Below, piece by piece: positions 1-9,898 of a stretch of 64,000 nt of DNA (position 1 is the first letter of the stretch; every line of letters begins with the position of its first letter). Source of the DNA: Patescibacteria group bacterium. GTDB taxonomy: Bacteria > Patescibacteriota > Patescibacteriia > Patescibacteriales > UBA12465. A model generated the notes under the pieces. That model made no database searches. It worked only from the letters and a program-made list of their open reading frames with translations, and was not told where the DNA came from. The stretch covers positions 463,890-527,889 of the forward strand of contig JBMNFW010000001.1 of the NCBI GenBank assembly GCA_050949525.1. The letters run 5' to 3'. A program made the position numbers and the translations under genes.

Positions 1-982
1 ATTCTAAAGATTCTAAAAGAGTTAGGGGCATATTTTCATTCCAAACTGAAGGTAAATAAATTAAACGAGCTTTTCGAATAATATTATGAAGCTCTTCTCC
101 ACTCCGATAACCTAAAAACTCAACTCGTTGATCTAATTTTAAATCAGATACTAACTGTCTTAAATTATCTTCTTCAGGTCCCTGCCCTACTATCTTTAAA
201 GTATTATGTTTTTTGCTTAAACTTAAAGCTCGAAGCAAAATATCAACACCTTTCTCCCTGGATAAACGACCAAAAAAAAGACCGTAATCCTCAATCTTCT
301 CACTGGAATGTTCTATCATTTTTTCTGAAAAATTATAAATAACTTCAATTTTATTCTCATCCCAAGAAAAACTAACCACTGTATCTTTCATAAATTGACT
401 AGGGGCAATAAAATAATCAATATTTTTTTTATAAATCCTCAAAACCTTATGATGTAGATACATTTCCAATGTCGCTAAAAGACTTTTTAACAATGACTTT
501 TTAAAACAACGATGCTTAATACAATTTAAATATTTTTTTCCACGACATCGGTAACAAATTTGATCATCAACAAATAGCTGATAATTAGGACAAATCAATT
601 TGTAATCATGTAAATGCATGACTACCGGAATCTGATACTTCTTAGCCACATCTAGAATAGAAGGAGAAATTTGATGATAAATATTATGAATATGAATAAT
701 ATCAGGCTTAAAATCTTTGACTAAACTTTTAAACTTTCTCTTAGCCTCTAAACTATAAAGAATACGACCGGGGGTAATTAAACGATCACGTAATTTAGCT
801 TCATTAAAACTAAGACGAGAAACAAAATACTTCTCCCAAGGACTAGGATTATTCTTAGGATGATGCATAGAAAAAATAGCCACTTGATGACCTAGCTCTT
901 CTAAATTTTTACTAATCTCAATAAAATACTTCTCAGCCCCACCTCGGATATAATTAAATTTATTAACCTGTAATATTCGCAT
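1..982 (-). CDS. Glycosyltransferase family 4 (GT-B fold), C-terminus cut by window edge
   Basis: Not in ORF track because no stop lies inside the window. Manual translation from ATG at 982: MRILQVNKFNYIRGGAEKYFIEISKNLEELGHQVAIFSMHH...GRLSREKGVDILLRAL...PSVWNENMPLTLLESLE. Pattern is GT4-like. Confidence 0.8.
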   Translation of the reverse strand, partial: MRILQVNKFNYIRGGAEKYFIEISKNLEELGHQVAIFSMHHPKNNPSPWEKYFVSRLSFNEAKLRDRLITPGRILYSLEAKRKFKSLVKDFKPDIIHIHNIYHQISPSILDVAKKYQIPVVMHLHDYKLICPNYQLFVDDQICYRCRGKKYLNCIKHRCFKKSLLKSLLATLEMYLHHKVLRIYKKNIDYFIAPSQFMKDTVVSFSWDENKIEVIYNFSEKMIEHSSEKIEDYGLFFGRLSREKGVDILLRALSLSKKHNTLKIVGQGPEEDNLRQLVSDLKLDQRVEFLGYRSGEELHNIIRKARLIYLPSVWNENMPLTLLESLE

Positions 983-983
983 A

Positions 984-2081
984 TTATTCTCTGATTATTT
1001 CTAAATATAATTTTTGATAATCTTGAGCTATTTTCTCCATAGAAAAATTATTCTTAACAAAATTAAAAAGATTAACCCCCCAAGTATCTAAAATTTCTTT
1101 ATTCTTTGGATTTAAAAAATATTCTAATTTATTAACTAAATCATCTAAATTACCATTCTCAAATAAAACTCCAGTTTCCTGATCCTTAATCAGATCTAAA
1201 ATTCCACCTGTAGCTGAAGCCAAAACTGGTAAAGAACTAAGTCCCGCCTCTAACAATACTATCCCTAAACCTTCCCATTTTGACGGCAAAACAAAAAAAT
1301 CTAATTGAGCTAAAAATCCCTTAACATCCGAACTAGAACCTAAAAGAAAAACCCGTGAATCTAATTTCAAATCCTTAATTTCCTGTTTCAAGTCCTCCTC
1401 TAAAGGCCCAGAACCTAAAATCAAACATTTAAAATTAGTACTTTTTAACTTACTTAAAGCTTTAATTAATAATGAAAAATTTTTTTGTTCATGTAAACGT
1501 CCGACTGAACCCAAAACTATCTCCCGATCATCAAAGCCGGCTTTTCTATCTTGTTGAAATTTCTCTATATTAACTCCATTAAATATTAGAGGAATCTTAG
1601 ATTCCGGTACTTGATATTTATTTATCAAATCTTCTTTAACAGCCGAAGAAATAGCTACTATTTTTTTAGAAAAGCGAGCTGTTTTCTTTTTAAGACATCG
1701 AAGTAGATTATTATCATTAGAAGAAACATTCTGTTCCGTAGAAATAATATTCTTTACTCCCGCTAATTTAGCAGCTATTTTCCCATAATAATCTCCGCCT
1801 AATTGAGTATGCACAATATCGGGCTTTATTCTTCTAATATAATTAAAAATACCAAGAAAATTAAATAAATCAATTTTAAATCTTTTTTTTAAAATCTTAA
1901 TTTTCACTCCCTTTTCCAAAGCTTCGTTATAGAAAAAACCAGAAGAAGAGAATAATAAAAGATAAGGATCAAAACGATTTAAATCTAAATGATATATTAA
2001 ATCTAAAGTAAATCTCTCAGCTCCACCTGAAGCTAATGAAGGTAAAATATATAAAAGCTTAATTTTCTTCTCTTCTTTCAT
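984..2081 (-). CDS. Glycosyltransferase family 4
   Basis: 365 aa; N-terminal SGGAERF loop, GRLHEQKNF, PSKWEGLGIVLLEA (E-x7-E-like), typical GT4/GT-B. Confidence 0.85.
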   Translation of the reverse strand: MKEEKKIKLLYILPSLASGGAERFTLDLIYHLDLNRFDPYLLLFSSSGFFYNEALEKGVKIKILKKRFKIDLFNFLGIFNYIRRIKPDIVHTQLGGDYYGKIAAKLAGVKNIISTEQNVSSNDNNLLRCLKKKTARFSKKIVAISSAVKEDLINKYQVPESKIPLIFNGVNIEKFQQDRKAGFDDREIVLGSVGRLHEQKNFSLLIKALSKLKSTNFKCLILGSGPLEEDLKQEIKDLKLDSRVFLLGSSSDVKGFLAQLDFFVLPSKWEGLGIVLLEAGLSSLPVLASATGGILDLIKDQETGVLFENGNLDDLVNKLEYFLNPKNKEILDTWGVNLFNFVKNNFSMEKIAQDYQKLYLEIIRE

Positions 2082-3447
2082 AATTTAAATTAGAAATTAT
2101 TTCTAAAGCCACTAAAGCTAAAGCGATCGGAAGCCAAATTCTTCCCTTGTAATACGAAGTATTGAAAACCTGATAAAAGAATCCACCAGCCGCCGCTAAA
2201 CTTAAGGGTAACAATAATTTATCATGCTCAATATATTGAAAAATTCCTCGATAAAGTTTTCTAAAAATTAAAAATATAAAAATTAAAAAGAAGACAGTTC
2301 CCACTAAACCATTTTCAGCTAATAGTTTTTGACCAAAACCATGTGAATCTAAAGGAGCTCCATATTTAGCGATAAATCTGGTATTATCAGCCACTAAAGG
2401 AACAAAAGATCCCGTACCATGACCAAATAATGGTTTTTTAGATAAGGCCTCTAAGGAAATCTGAGTCAAAAGAACTCGATTTTTAGTCGAACTAACATTA
2501 GCTTCTTGTAAAGATAACATCTTAAAGATAAATGGAGAGGCTATTATTAATACCACAGCCAAGGATAGAAAAATCTCAGCCCACGGAATCTTTTTACGAG
2601 CTTTAAAATAAAAATTAAAAACTAAATAACCAAGAATCTGAAGAACACTAGTAATCCAGGCGGTTCGACCAAAAGTTAGAAGGTTAACTAAAATCAAAAT
2701 TAAGGCTAAAACTTTAAAAAATCGAGCCTGACGAGGACTTTTAGCCCAATATATTAAAGATAACATTACCCAAGAAGAAATAATTAAAAATTCAGCTAAT
2801 AAATTATAATTATCACCAAAAATCCAATCCCCTAATATATAAAGTGGACGAACTCGAAAAAATGAATCAGACCAATCCTGAAAAAATAAAGAAGAAACTC
2901 CCATAATAGCCACCAAAAAACCACCACTAACTAATAACACTAAAACTCTTCTTAAAGTCTTTCGATCTTTTATTAAATTAAAAGGAACCACTACATAAGC
3001 TAAATAAAAGAATAAGATCCAACGAAAAGAAGCCCATAAAGAAGATAAAACATAATTACTAAAGCAGGCTGAAATTAAAGTACTAAGAAAAAATAAAGCA
3101 AAAACTGAAGCCACCGGAAAAACCAATTTATCAGACTTATCCAGAAAAAAGAAAGAATAAATTTGTCGCAAAATAAAAGAAATCAGAAGTATTAAAGCTA
3201 ATAAATCAATAAAAGGTATTTCTAAAAATTTAAAATTAAAAGCCCAACCATTAACGGGAAGAAAAAAAGCGATCAAATAAAGACCCCATAAAGGTCGAAG
3301 AAAAAATAAAAAAATAAAAAATAAAGATCCAAAAATTAAAGCCGTTACTAAATAATTATTTAAAGCTAAAAAAACACTGGCTAAAAAAAGAAATGACAAA
3401 ATTATTAAAATCTCCCAACGATAATGAGAATATCTCTGTTTTATCAT
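2059..3447 (-). CDS. O-antigen ligase/polymerase-like polytopic membrane protein (Wzy_C-like)
   Basis: 462 aa with about 10-12 hydrophobic segments and a large loop; lies inside a glycosyltransferase cluster. Family call rests on architecture and context. Confidence 0.6.
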   Translation of the reverse strand: MIKQRYSHYRWEILIILSFLFLASVFLALNNYLVTALIFGSLFFIFLFFLRPLWGLYLIAFFLPVNGWAFNFKFLEIPFIDLLALILLISFILRQIYSFFFLDKSDKLVFPVASVFALFFLSTLISACFSNYVLSSLWASFRWILFFYLAYVVVPFNLIKDRKTLRRVLVLLVSGGFLVAIMGVSSLFFQDWSDSFFRVRPLYILGDWIFGDNYNLLAEFLIISSWVMLSLIYWAKSPRQARFFKVLALILILVNLLTFGRTAWITSVLQILGYLVFNFYFKARKKIPWAEIFLSLAVVLIIASPFIFKMLSLQEANVSSTKNRVLLTQISLEALSKKPLFGHGTGSFVPLVADNTRFIAKYGAPLDSHGFGQKLLAENGLVGTVFFLIFIFLIFRKLYRGIFQYIEHDKLLLPLSLAAAGGFFYQVFNTSYYKGRIWLPIALALVALEIISNLNYERREEN

Positions 3448-3453
3448 AAAAAT

Positions 3454-5391
3454 TTAAAAACTTAACTCTAAGTAATAATCCCGCTCTAAATCATTAGTCC
3501 AATATAATTTATTACCCTCAATACTAACTTCTCCATCTGCTTGAGCTTGTTGAACCGCTTTTAAAAAACTAAAATTAGCTTCAAATTTTTCAACATTATT
3601 TCCGGCTTGTTTTTGAACTAGAAGTGAATACTTCCCTTCCTTTTTAATAGCCTCTAATATTCTATCGGGTAAATAATACTCAAAAACCAAATCTCGTGAT
3701 TGCCCTGGCTCAATAGATATAAATCCAGCCATAGTATTTTTAGGATAACTAATTTCCTGATCTATATAATTTAAGGGATCCCCCGCACTTAAACCTGAAG
3801 CTCGTACGAAAACAGAATCTTGTGGCGTATAAACTCGAGTAAAGCTACGATAACGAGTAGTTTGCCAATCAAACCACCCTTTATTATCATAAGTAATTCT
3901 AACAATAGCCTTAAGCTTTCCATCTAATTCTTCAATTAAACTATATTTAATCTTCTTGACCATAACTCGATCAGTTTTAAAAGCCGCCATATTAGCATCA
4001 ACCACCATCAAATAATCAGATGGACTATCCTGAATCTCTCCTTGCCATTTTAAAGATCGAGCAACATCTTGACTATATTCATTATTTAAATAAACTAAAA
4101 TATTTTTCCGAGCAATATTTTTTTCAAATAAAGATAATAATTCCCCCCAACGATCTGAGGGTAAATTAAATAATTTCAACTTTAGCTCTTGAAGGATATC
4201 ACCAATAACTAACTTACGATCCCATTCTGATATTCCATCTTGACGAAAGCCAACCTCGGTTTCATACTGCAAAACATCAATAAAATTATCTTTATCATAT
4301 ACCTGATCCCCAATATGAATCGGACCACTTAAATATAAAAGATCGGTAATAAAACGAGGATTAAGGGCTATAACCCCAGAGAAATTTTCTAATTCATTAT
4401 GACGATTAGCTGCCATTAACTCTTGTTCATAAAACCATAAGATTTTTTTAGCACTAAAAGTCCAATCAGGAGACCAATTAGCATCACGCATAAACCATTG
4501 TGAAACTCCTAAATATTTTTTTAAAGCTTCCGGTGGCTCCACTTTAAAAACTGGATTTAAACTAGCCGGCATATCTAAATGATAAATATCATGAGTTTCT
4601 AAACGGACAATATCACCTAAATTAAGCTCCATTAAGCCATAAGTACCTAAAAATCCACCCGTAGGACGAAGTTCATGATTATTTTGTAAAAGAATGAGGT
4701 AAGAACTACTTTGCGGATAACCACTGAGAATTGGAACTAAAGTGGCTAAAGAAATAAAACTATCGAGAGATTTAGAAACCTTATCTAAACTAGATTCTAA
4801 AGACTTGATCTGAGAAGAATAACGATTCAAAAAACGATTAGACTCTAATCGGCTTAAATACACTAAAGATAAATCAATATTAGCTCTGATTCCTTGCATT
4901 TCAGGATAAGATTCATAAAGTCGCTTTAAAAGTTGAGCTCGATCCTCTGGGCTAAATTCTAAAAAATTTCTGGCACTCTGACCAGAAATCAATTCTTCAA
5001 AATCTTGGAATATAGCTAAAGCTTTCTCCCCTGATGAAGCTAAAATCCTAGCCGTTTGAGCTAGGTATTTAAAATCATTAAGATTATTATTTAAAAAAGG
5101 AATTTTTCTAATAAAGAAATTACCCTGCAAATCTCTTAAAGTTTCCTCAGCTAACACAAAACTACCAACAGCTCGTTCGGCGACCAAACTAGCTCGAGAA
5201 AAATCCCCCTCACGAACAAAATCTAAAGCATACTCTAAGTCCTGTCGACCAGACATAGCATTTAAATAAACTGATTTAATTTTAAAAAATATTAAGCCAA
5301 TTAAAAAAACAACGGCTAAAATGAATAAAACCACAGCCAAAACTAAAGGACGAGAAAAAGCTGGAAGTTTTTTAAAATTTTCTTTTTTCAT
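3454..5391 (-). CDS. DUF4012 domain-containing membrane-anchored protein
   Basis: 645 aa, N-terminal TM anchor, signature LLQNNHELRPTGGFLGTYG characteristic of DUF4012; glycan-locus context. Confidence 0.7.
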   Translation of the reverse strand: MKKENFKKLPAFSRPLVLAVVLFILAVVFLIGLIFFKIKSVYLNAMSGRQDLEYALDFVREGDFSRASLVAERAVGSFVLAEETLRDLQGNFFIRKIPFLNNNLNDFKYLAQTARILASSGEKALAIFQDFEELISGQSARNFLEFSPEDRAQLLKRLYESYPEMQGIRANIDLSLVYLSRLESNRFLNRYSSQIKSLESSLDKVSKSLDSFISLATLVPILSGYPQSSSYLILLQNNHELRPTGGFLGTYGLMELNLGDIVRLETHDIYHLDMPASLNPVFKVEPPEALKKYLGVSQWFMRDANWSPDWTFSAKKILWFYEQELMAANRHNELENFSGVIALNPRFITDLLYLSGPIHIGDQVYDKDNFIDVLQYETEVGFRQDGISEWDRKLVIGDILQELKLKLFNLPSDRWGELLSLFEKNIARKNILVYLNNEYSQDVARSLKWQGEIQDSPSDYLMVVDANMAAFKTDRVMVKKIKYSLIEELDGKLKAIVRITYDNKGWFDWQTTRYRSFTRVYTPQDSVFVRASGLSAGDPLNYIDQEISYPKNTMAGFISIEPGQSRDLVFEYYLPDRILEAIKKEGKYSLLVQKQAGNNVEKFEANFSFLKAVQQAQADGEVSIEGNKLYWTNDLERDYYLELSF

Positions 5392-5395
5392 ATTT

Positions 5396-6016
5396 TTATT
5401 TTTTTGGATCTAAAATTTTATCTAATAAAATAATTTTTCTAGAATTTAAAACACTATGTAAAAAAACATCAGCTACTTCCTGACGATATTTAAACTCCTC
5501 CTCATCCATAACAGTAAAATTAATTTCTCGCCCTAAATCAAACTCTAAATCATTAATAATTTTTAATAAATGTTCTTTTTTAATCTTAGCCACAATTAAG
5601 ACATCAGTCGGAGAACTGGGATTATTGACAAATAAACCACTCAAAAGAATAAATTGGGGTTCGCCAACTGTTTTAAGCTTCTCAATAAAGCTTTCACCAG
5701 CTAAAATTTGAGACTTAATAATTAAAGACTTTATCTCGGAATATAATATAAAATCAGTTCTAACTCGATAATACTTTCTTTCCTGTAAGCCACTAACCTT
5801 AGAATCATTGGACAAATCATCATTTTTTGTGCTATCATTACCAGTAGATGATAGTAAACCAAAATCCTCTAGGTTATTTAATTCCCGTCGCACCGAATTA
5901 ACCTGAAGATCTAAATCTCGAGCTAATTGCCGAATATAAAATTCTTGATCAGAATTCAATAAAAAATGTTTTAAAAGTCGAGCTCGAGCCTTAGAACCAA
6001 ATAATTTTTCTAGCAT
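5396..6016 (-). CDS. Winged-helix (ArsR/MarR-like) transcriptional regulator with C-terminal nucleotidyltransferase-like domain
   Basis: N-terminus KARARLLKHFLLNSDQEFYIRQLARDLDLQVNSVRRELNNLEDFGLL is a wHTH pattern; lies 4 nt from the DUF4012 gene. Confidence 0.5.
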   Translation of the reverse strand: MLEKLFGSKARARLLKHFLLNSDQEFYIRQLARDLDLQVNSVRRELNNLEDFGLLSSTGNDSTKNDDLSNDSKVSGLQERKYYRVRTDFILYSEIKSLIIKSQILAGESFIEKLKTVGEPQFILLSGLFVNNPSSPTDVLIVAKIKKEHLLKIINDLEFDLGREINFTVMDEEEFKYRQEVADVFLHSVLNSRKIILLDKILDPKK

Positions 6017-6082
6017 AATATTATAGTTTTAAACCCTTTTTACTACTATTAATATATAATATTTATAAATTTTAGTCAATTT

Positions 6083-8131
6083 ATGAATCTCAAAAAGACC
6101 CTTTTAAATATTAGAAACAATCCGAAGAAAAGTTTTGTTCAAGGAACTTTTATTGAAGCTCGACCCGAACAAGATAATCAGCTCGGAAGTATTTTTGTTT
6201 TAAGTGAAGTTAATCAAGCTGAACGTCTCGATGAGAAAATAATCTATGTTATCACTCAATTGTTAGAAAAAAACTACTTCTTAAATGAAAATATCTTTCT
6301 AAGTAATCAAATTAATAGTCTAAAAATAGAGTCAATTTTTGAAGCTAGTTTAGTAAAAACTAATCAAGAATTATTAGAATTTATTGATCAAGAAAAAATA
6401 AACTTTAAATTTAAAAACTTAAATATTACCGTTGGCTTAATTTTTAAAAATCAAATTCATTTTTCTAATCTAGGTCAAAATAAAGCTTTCTTAATTAAGA
6501 AAAATCAAGAAAATCTTCAAGTAAGTGATATTAATCCTGATGATGACGAGCAAAACCTTGAAGATATTTCAGCTGGTAAAATTTTTTCCTCTATTATTAG
6601 TGGAGAAATACCACAAGATTCCTATATTATTTTCAGTAATGCCTCCCTATCAGAATACCTACTAAATGACGATTTTATTAAAATCTTAGAAGATTTAAAG
6701 CTAGAAGGAGCTACAGAACAAATTAAAAATCTTTTAAACAAGATAAATAATTATTCTAATTTCACCGGAGTCTTCCTAAAAAATACTAAACCAGAATTTG
6801 AAAAACAACCAGAACCATATTATAGCCCCTTATTAACCGAAACTGAGAAAAAAACCGAGGAACTTTTAAATAATACTGGAACTATTAGTAAAGATAGTAT
6901 AAAAAAAGTATTTAAAATTTTTAATATTTTTAAAATATTAAAAAAACCTTATCAAGCTTTAATTAAAAAACTAAAAAGAAAAAAAGAAAAACCAGAAAAA
7001 TTAGATTTATCTATTAAGCCAAAGAAATCTAAAACTAAGAAAATATTATTAATATTAATTGTTGCTTTACTTTTAGTTTTACTACTGAAACTATATTTTC
7101 AAAGAAATAAAAATGAAAATATAATTCAAGAAAAAAATAGCTCTGATATTGAAGAACAAATTAAACAAAAACAAAACCAAATTGATTCTTCCCTACTCTA
7201 TAACAATGAAGAACGAGCTCGAGAAATAATTGAAGAATTAGATCAATTAATGAAATCTTTAAGTCCTAAAGAAAAAAATAAAATAAAAAATTATGAAGAG
7301 TTAGAAGAAAGTTTAAATGAACAAATCAGACAAATTCAAAAAATGATCCTAATATCAGACCCATTAGAATTAGGTAATTTCTCAACTTTAAAAAATGAAG
7401 CTAATCCAGTAGCCCTAGTTAGATCTATTAAGAATAATAAAATCTATTCACTAGATCCACAAAATAATACGATTTATAGTCTAGATTTGAATAATAAAGT
7501 ATTATCTACTGTTAACGACAATGAACTATTAAAAGGAGAAAAAGCTTTCTCTAGTTCTGACTCTCAAGATAATTCTTATTTCCTAGTTAATAATCAATTA
7601 ATTACTATTAATTCAGAAGAAAAAATATCTTTTAATACTATTAATGTAGATAATCCTTTCGCTATTGAATCTTTAGGTATATACAATAATCGTCCTTACT
7701 TAATTAATAAAGAAAGTAATAATATTATTAGATACAGCAAAAGTGGTAACACTTTTACCTCCCCTCTAAGCTGGTTAAAAGAAGATCCGGGATTTAAATT
7801 AAAAGATATTGCAATTGATTTTAGTATTTATATTTTAGATGACAATGGGCAAGTTTTTAAATTCTTAGAAGGACGAAAAGAAAACTTCTCTCTTGATATT
7901 ATTAGTCCTAAAAGTGAGGCTAATAAAATTGCTTTGAGTCAAAACTATATTCTCACCCTAGATCAAAAAAATCAAAGAGTAATACTTTATAGCCGAGAAG
8001 ATGGTAAGTTCATTAATCAATACTACTCTGATAAATTTAATGACCTAAAAGACTTTATTATCAATGAATCAGAAAAGAAGGTCTATCTCTTAAATAATAC
8101 TTCAGTTTATGAACTAGATTTAGCGATATAA
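6083..8131 (+). CDS. Hypothetical bitopic membrane protein (N-terminal cytoplasmic domain, K-rich linker, TM, coiled coil, C-terminal repeat/beta-rich domain)
   Basis: 682-aa ORF; TM segment ILLILIVALLLVLLLKLYF; coiled-coil-like EEQIKQKQNQ...; function not recognised. Confidence 0.6.
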   Translation: MNLKKTLLNIRNNPKKSFVQGTFIEARPEQDNQLGSIFVLSEVNQAERLDEKIIYVITQLLEKNYFLNENIFLSNQINSLKIESIFEASLVKTNQELLEFIDQEKINFKFKNLNITVGLIFKNQIHFSNLGQNKAFLIKKNQENLQVSDINPDDDEQNLEDISAGKIFSSIISGEIPQDSYIIFSNASLSEYLLNDDFIKILEDLKLEGATEQIKNLLNKINNYSNFTGVFLKNTKPEFEKQPEPYYSPLLTETEKKTEELLNNTGTISKDSIKKVFKIFNIFKILKKPYQALIKKLKRKKEKPEKLDLSIKPKKSKTKKILLILIVALLLVLLLKLYFQRNKNENIIQEKNSSDIEEQIKQKQNQIDSSLLYNNEERAREIIEELDQLMKSLSPKEKNKIKNYEELEESLNEQIRQIQKMILISDPLELGNFSTLKNEANPVALVRSIKNNKIYSLDPQNNTIYSLDLNNKVLSTVNDNELLKGEKAFSSSDSQDNSYFLVNNQLITINSEEKISFNTINVDNPFAIESLGIYNNRPYLINKESNNIIRYSKSGNTFTSPLSWLKEDPGFKLKDIAIDFSIYILDDNGQVFKFLEGRKENFSLDIISPKSEANKIALSQNYILTLDQKNQRVILYSREDGKFINQYYSDKFNDLKDFIINESEKKVYLLNNTSVYELDLAI

Positions 8132-8143
8132 AATAAAATAAAT

Positions 8144-8179
8144 AAAAAAAAGAAGAGTTTTACAAGCTCTTCTTTTTTA
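8144..8179. terminator. Bidirectional intrinsic terminator between convergent genes
   Basis: A-run, stem GAAGAG / CTCTTC (8152-8157 / 8167-8172), then T-run. Confidence 0.65.
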
Positions 8180-8189
8180 TTTTACCTTA

Positions 8190-8603
8190 TTACTTTAAAA
8201 CTGCTTTTCCACCAGCCTCTTCTACTTGTTTAACAATATCTTCAGCCTCTTCTTTCTTAACTCCCTCTTTAATAATCTTAGGAGCACCATCAACTAAATC
8301 CTTAGCCTCCTTAAGACCCATCTCAGTTACTGCTCTAACTACTTTAATAACTGCAATCTTGTTAGAACCAGCATCAGTTAATTCAATATCAAAGCTAGAC
8401 TTTTCTTCAGCTGCTGGAGCATCAGCACCAGCTCCACCTGGCATAGCGCCCACCATCATAGCCGGAGCCGCCGCTGAAACACCAAATTTTTCTTCTAAGA
8501 TTTTAACTAATTCAGCTAAATCTAGAACACTCATTTTTTCGATTTCCTCAACTAATGATTTAAATTTAGCTGGGATTTCAATTTCTTTTTTTTCTTCAGA
8601 CAT
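8190..8603 (-). CDS. rplL: 50S ribosomal protein L7/L12
   Basis: 137 aa; Ala/Gly-rich hinge [25 protein letters not shown] and C-terminal [28 protein letters not shown]. Confidence 0.95.
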   Translation of the reverse strand: MSEEKKEIEIPAKFKSLVEEIEKMSVLDLAELVKILEEKFGVSAAAPAMMVGAMPGGAGADAPAAEEKSSFDIELTDAGSNKIAVIKVVRAVTEMGLKEAKDLVDGAPKIIKEGVKKEEAEDIVKQVEEAGGKAVLK

Positions 8604-8671
8604 AGTTTTTTCTATTTCCCCTTAAATCATTTAAGTTAAGGGAAAATTTTAATTAATTTTATTTTAATTTA

Positions 8672-9196
8672 TTATTTATTATCAGCAATAGCTTTTAAGG
8701 CTGTAACTAAAGCTCTTAAATTTCCCGCTAAAACATTAACCAAACCAGAAACAGGAGCATTTAAAGATCCAACCATCTTAGCTAATAATTCAGAACGACT
8801 AGGAAGAGTAGCTAAATTTTCTACCTCTTCTTTTGAAATTACCTTTCCATCTAAAACACCACCTAAAAAATCAATCTTACCTTCATTATTTTTTCTAAAA
8901 TTAAAAATAACTTTAGCAGGTGAAACTTGATCTTCATAAGCAAAAACAACTGCTACCTTACCATCCAATCCCTTTACATCTAAATCATTAATTTTATTAC
9001 TTTTTAAAGCTAAATCAAGTAATGTTTTTTTACTAACATAATACTCCCCATTTTCCTGTCTAAGACTATTTCTTAATTCTTCATTATCCTTAACCCCTAA
9101 TCCATCAAAAGAAGTTAGGATAATGGACTTAGACTTTTTAATTTTTTCTTCTAAATCACGTACTATTTCTTGTTTTTGAATCTTATTCTTAGCCAT
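8672..9196 (-). CDS. rplJ: 50S ribosomal protein L10
   Basis: 174 aa, directly upstream of rplL; L10-like N-terminus and C-terminal L12-binding helix LVNVLAGNLRALVTALKAI. Confidence 0.9.
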   Translation of the reverse strand: MAKNKIQKQEIVRDLEEKIKKSKSIILTSFDGLGVKDNEELRNSLRQENGEYYVSKKTLLDLALKSNKINDLDVKGLDGKVAVVFAYEDQVSPAKVIFNFRKNNEGKIDFLGGVLDGKVISKEEVENLATLPSRSELLAKMVGSLNAPVSGLVNVLAGNLRALVTALKAIADNK

Positions 9197-9335
9197 ATTG
9201 TTTTATATTAAATATTATAAATAAAAAATCTGCTAACCGCAGACCAAAAATAAAAAAACAAATAGTTTTAATCTCGGCGAGACTTATATTGATAAAATCA
9301 AAAGCTAGCTGTCTGCGATTTTTAATTGTATTGGT
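9197..9335 (-). promoter_or_regulatory. rplJ 5' leader with mutually exclusive antiterminator/terminator helices (L10-leader-like)
   Basis: Minus strand: AUCGCAGAC (+9310-9318) pairs with GUCUGCGGU (+9236-9244). The latter overlaps hairpin UCUGC-GGUUA-GCAGA followed by UUUUUU (+9222-9243). Confidence 0.5.
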
Positions 9336-9364
9336 ATTATATATAACAAGATAAAAAATGTCAA
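9336..9364 (-). promoter_or_regulatory. Consensus sigma70-type promoter of the rplJL operon
   Basis: TTGACA (9364..9359), 17-nt spacer, TATAAT (9341..9336) on the minus strand. Confidence 0.6.
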
Positions 9365-9397
9365 GAGAAATTATGGCTCTCAATTAATAAATAAGAA

Positions 9398-9889
9398 TTA
9401 ATTAATCTTCTCTTTTTCTAACATAAATAATCTCAATTTTTCAGCCTGAGGACTATCAAGAAACAAACTAATATCGGCTGAAGTATCATTATCACCACCT
9501 TTATCTAAACTAAGCTGAGATTGAGAAGCAGTCCAAATTTCTATTATAGAAATATTAAAAAGACGCATTATAATATCACTGCGAAGTTTTATGTTTTGAA
9601 TCCTATCAAATTGAATAACAGTTGATTGTTTATTCAATATTCCACTTCTTTTGGTTATTCTCTTATCATCAAAACTAAAGGTGGTATTGATGTAAAACCA
9701 GTAAAGAAACAAAGCATAAAAAACACTAAGAGCTAAAAACATAAAAAAAACTCGCCAAAGAAAATCATATTCATCATAATATATCGCCACTGATAAAACG
9801 GCAATTAAAAATAAAATAACCCCAATTAACTTATACCACAAATATCTCTTCGGATAGTAGATTTCAGTATTAGGTTGAAGTTTAAGCAT
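9398..9889 (-). CDS. Bacterial PH-domain (bPH_2/YdbS-like) membrane protein
   Basis: 163 aa, two N-terminal TM helices followed by ITKRSGILNKQSTVIQFDRIQNIKLRSDIIMRLFNISIIEIWTA, typical of DUF304/bPH_2. Confidence 0.65.
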   Translation of the reverse strand: MLKLQPNTEIYYPKRYLWYKLIGVILFLIAVLSVAIYYDEYDFLWRVFFMFLALSVFYALFLYWFYINTTFSFDDKRITKRSGILNKQSTVIQFDRIQNIKLRSDIIMRLFNISIIEIWTASQSQLSLDKGGDNDTSADISLFLDSPQAEKLRLFMLEKEKIN

Positions 9890-9898
9890 AAAATTATA

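Noticed and set aside
8359-8625. Antisense or shadow ORFs from the six-frame track: 8359..8625, 14487..14774, 18629..18883, 24034..24327, 25016..25285, 27847..28038, 30406..30624, 49054..49308, 55920..56162, 60253..60447, 61946..62143, 62675..62863.
   Set aside because: Each lies entirely within, or mostly opposite, a well-supported conserved gene (rplL, asnS, SNase, prfB, ftsI, recG, fmt, gap and others). Their translations are low-complexity mirror-frame products.
9189-9383. 64-aa ORF upstream of rplJ.
   Set aside because: It coincides with the rplJ promoter and structured leader and overlaps the rplJ start. Its peptide is hydrophobic and low-complexity, so an RNA element is the better explanation.
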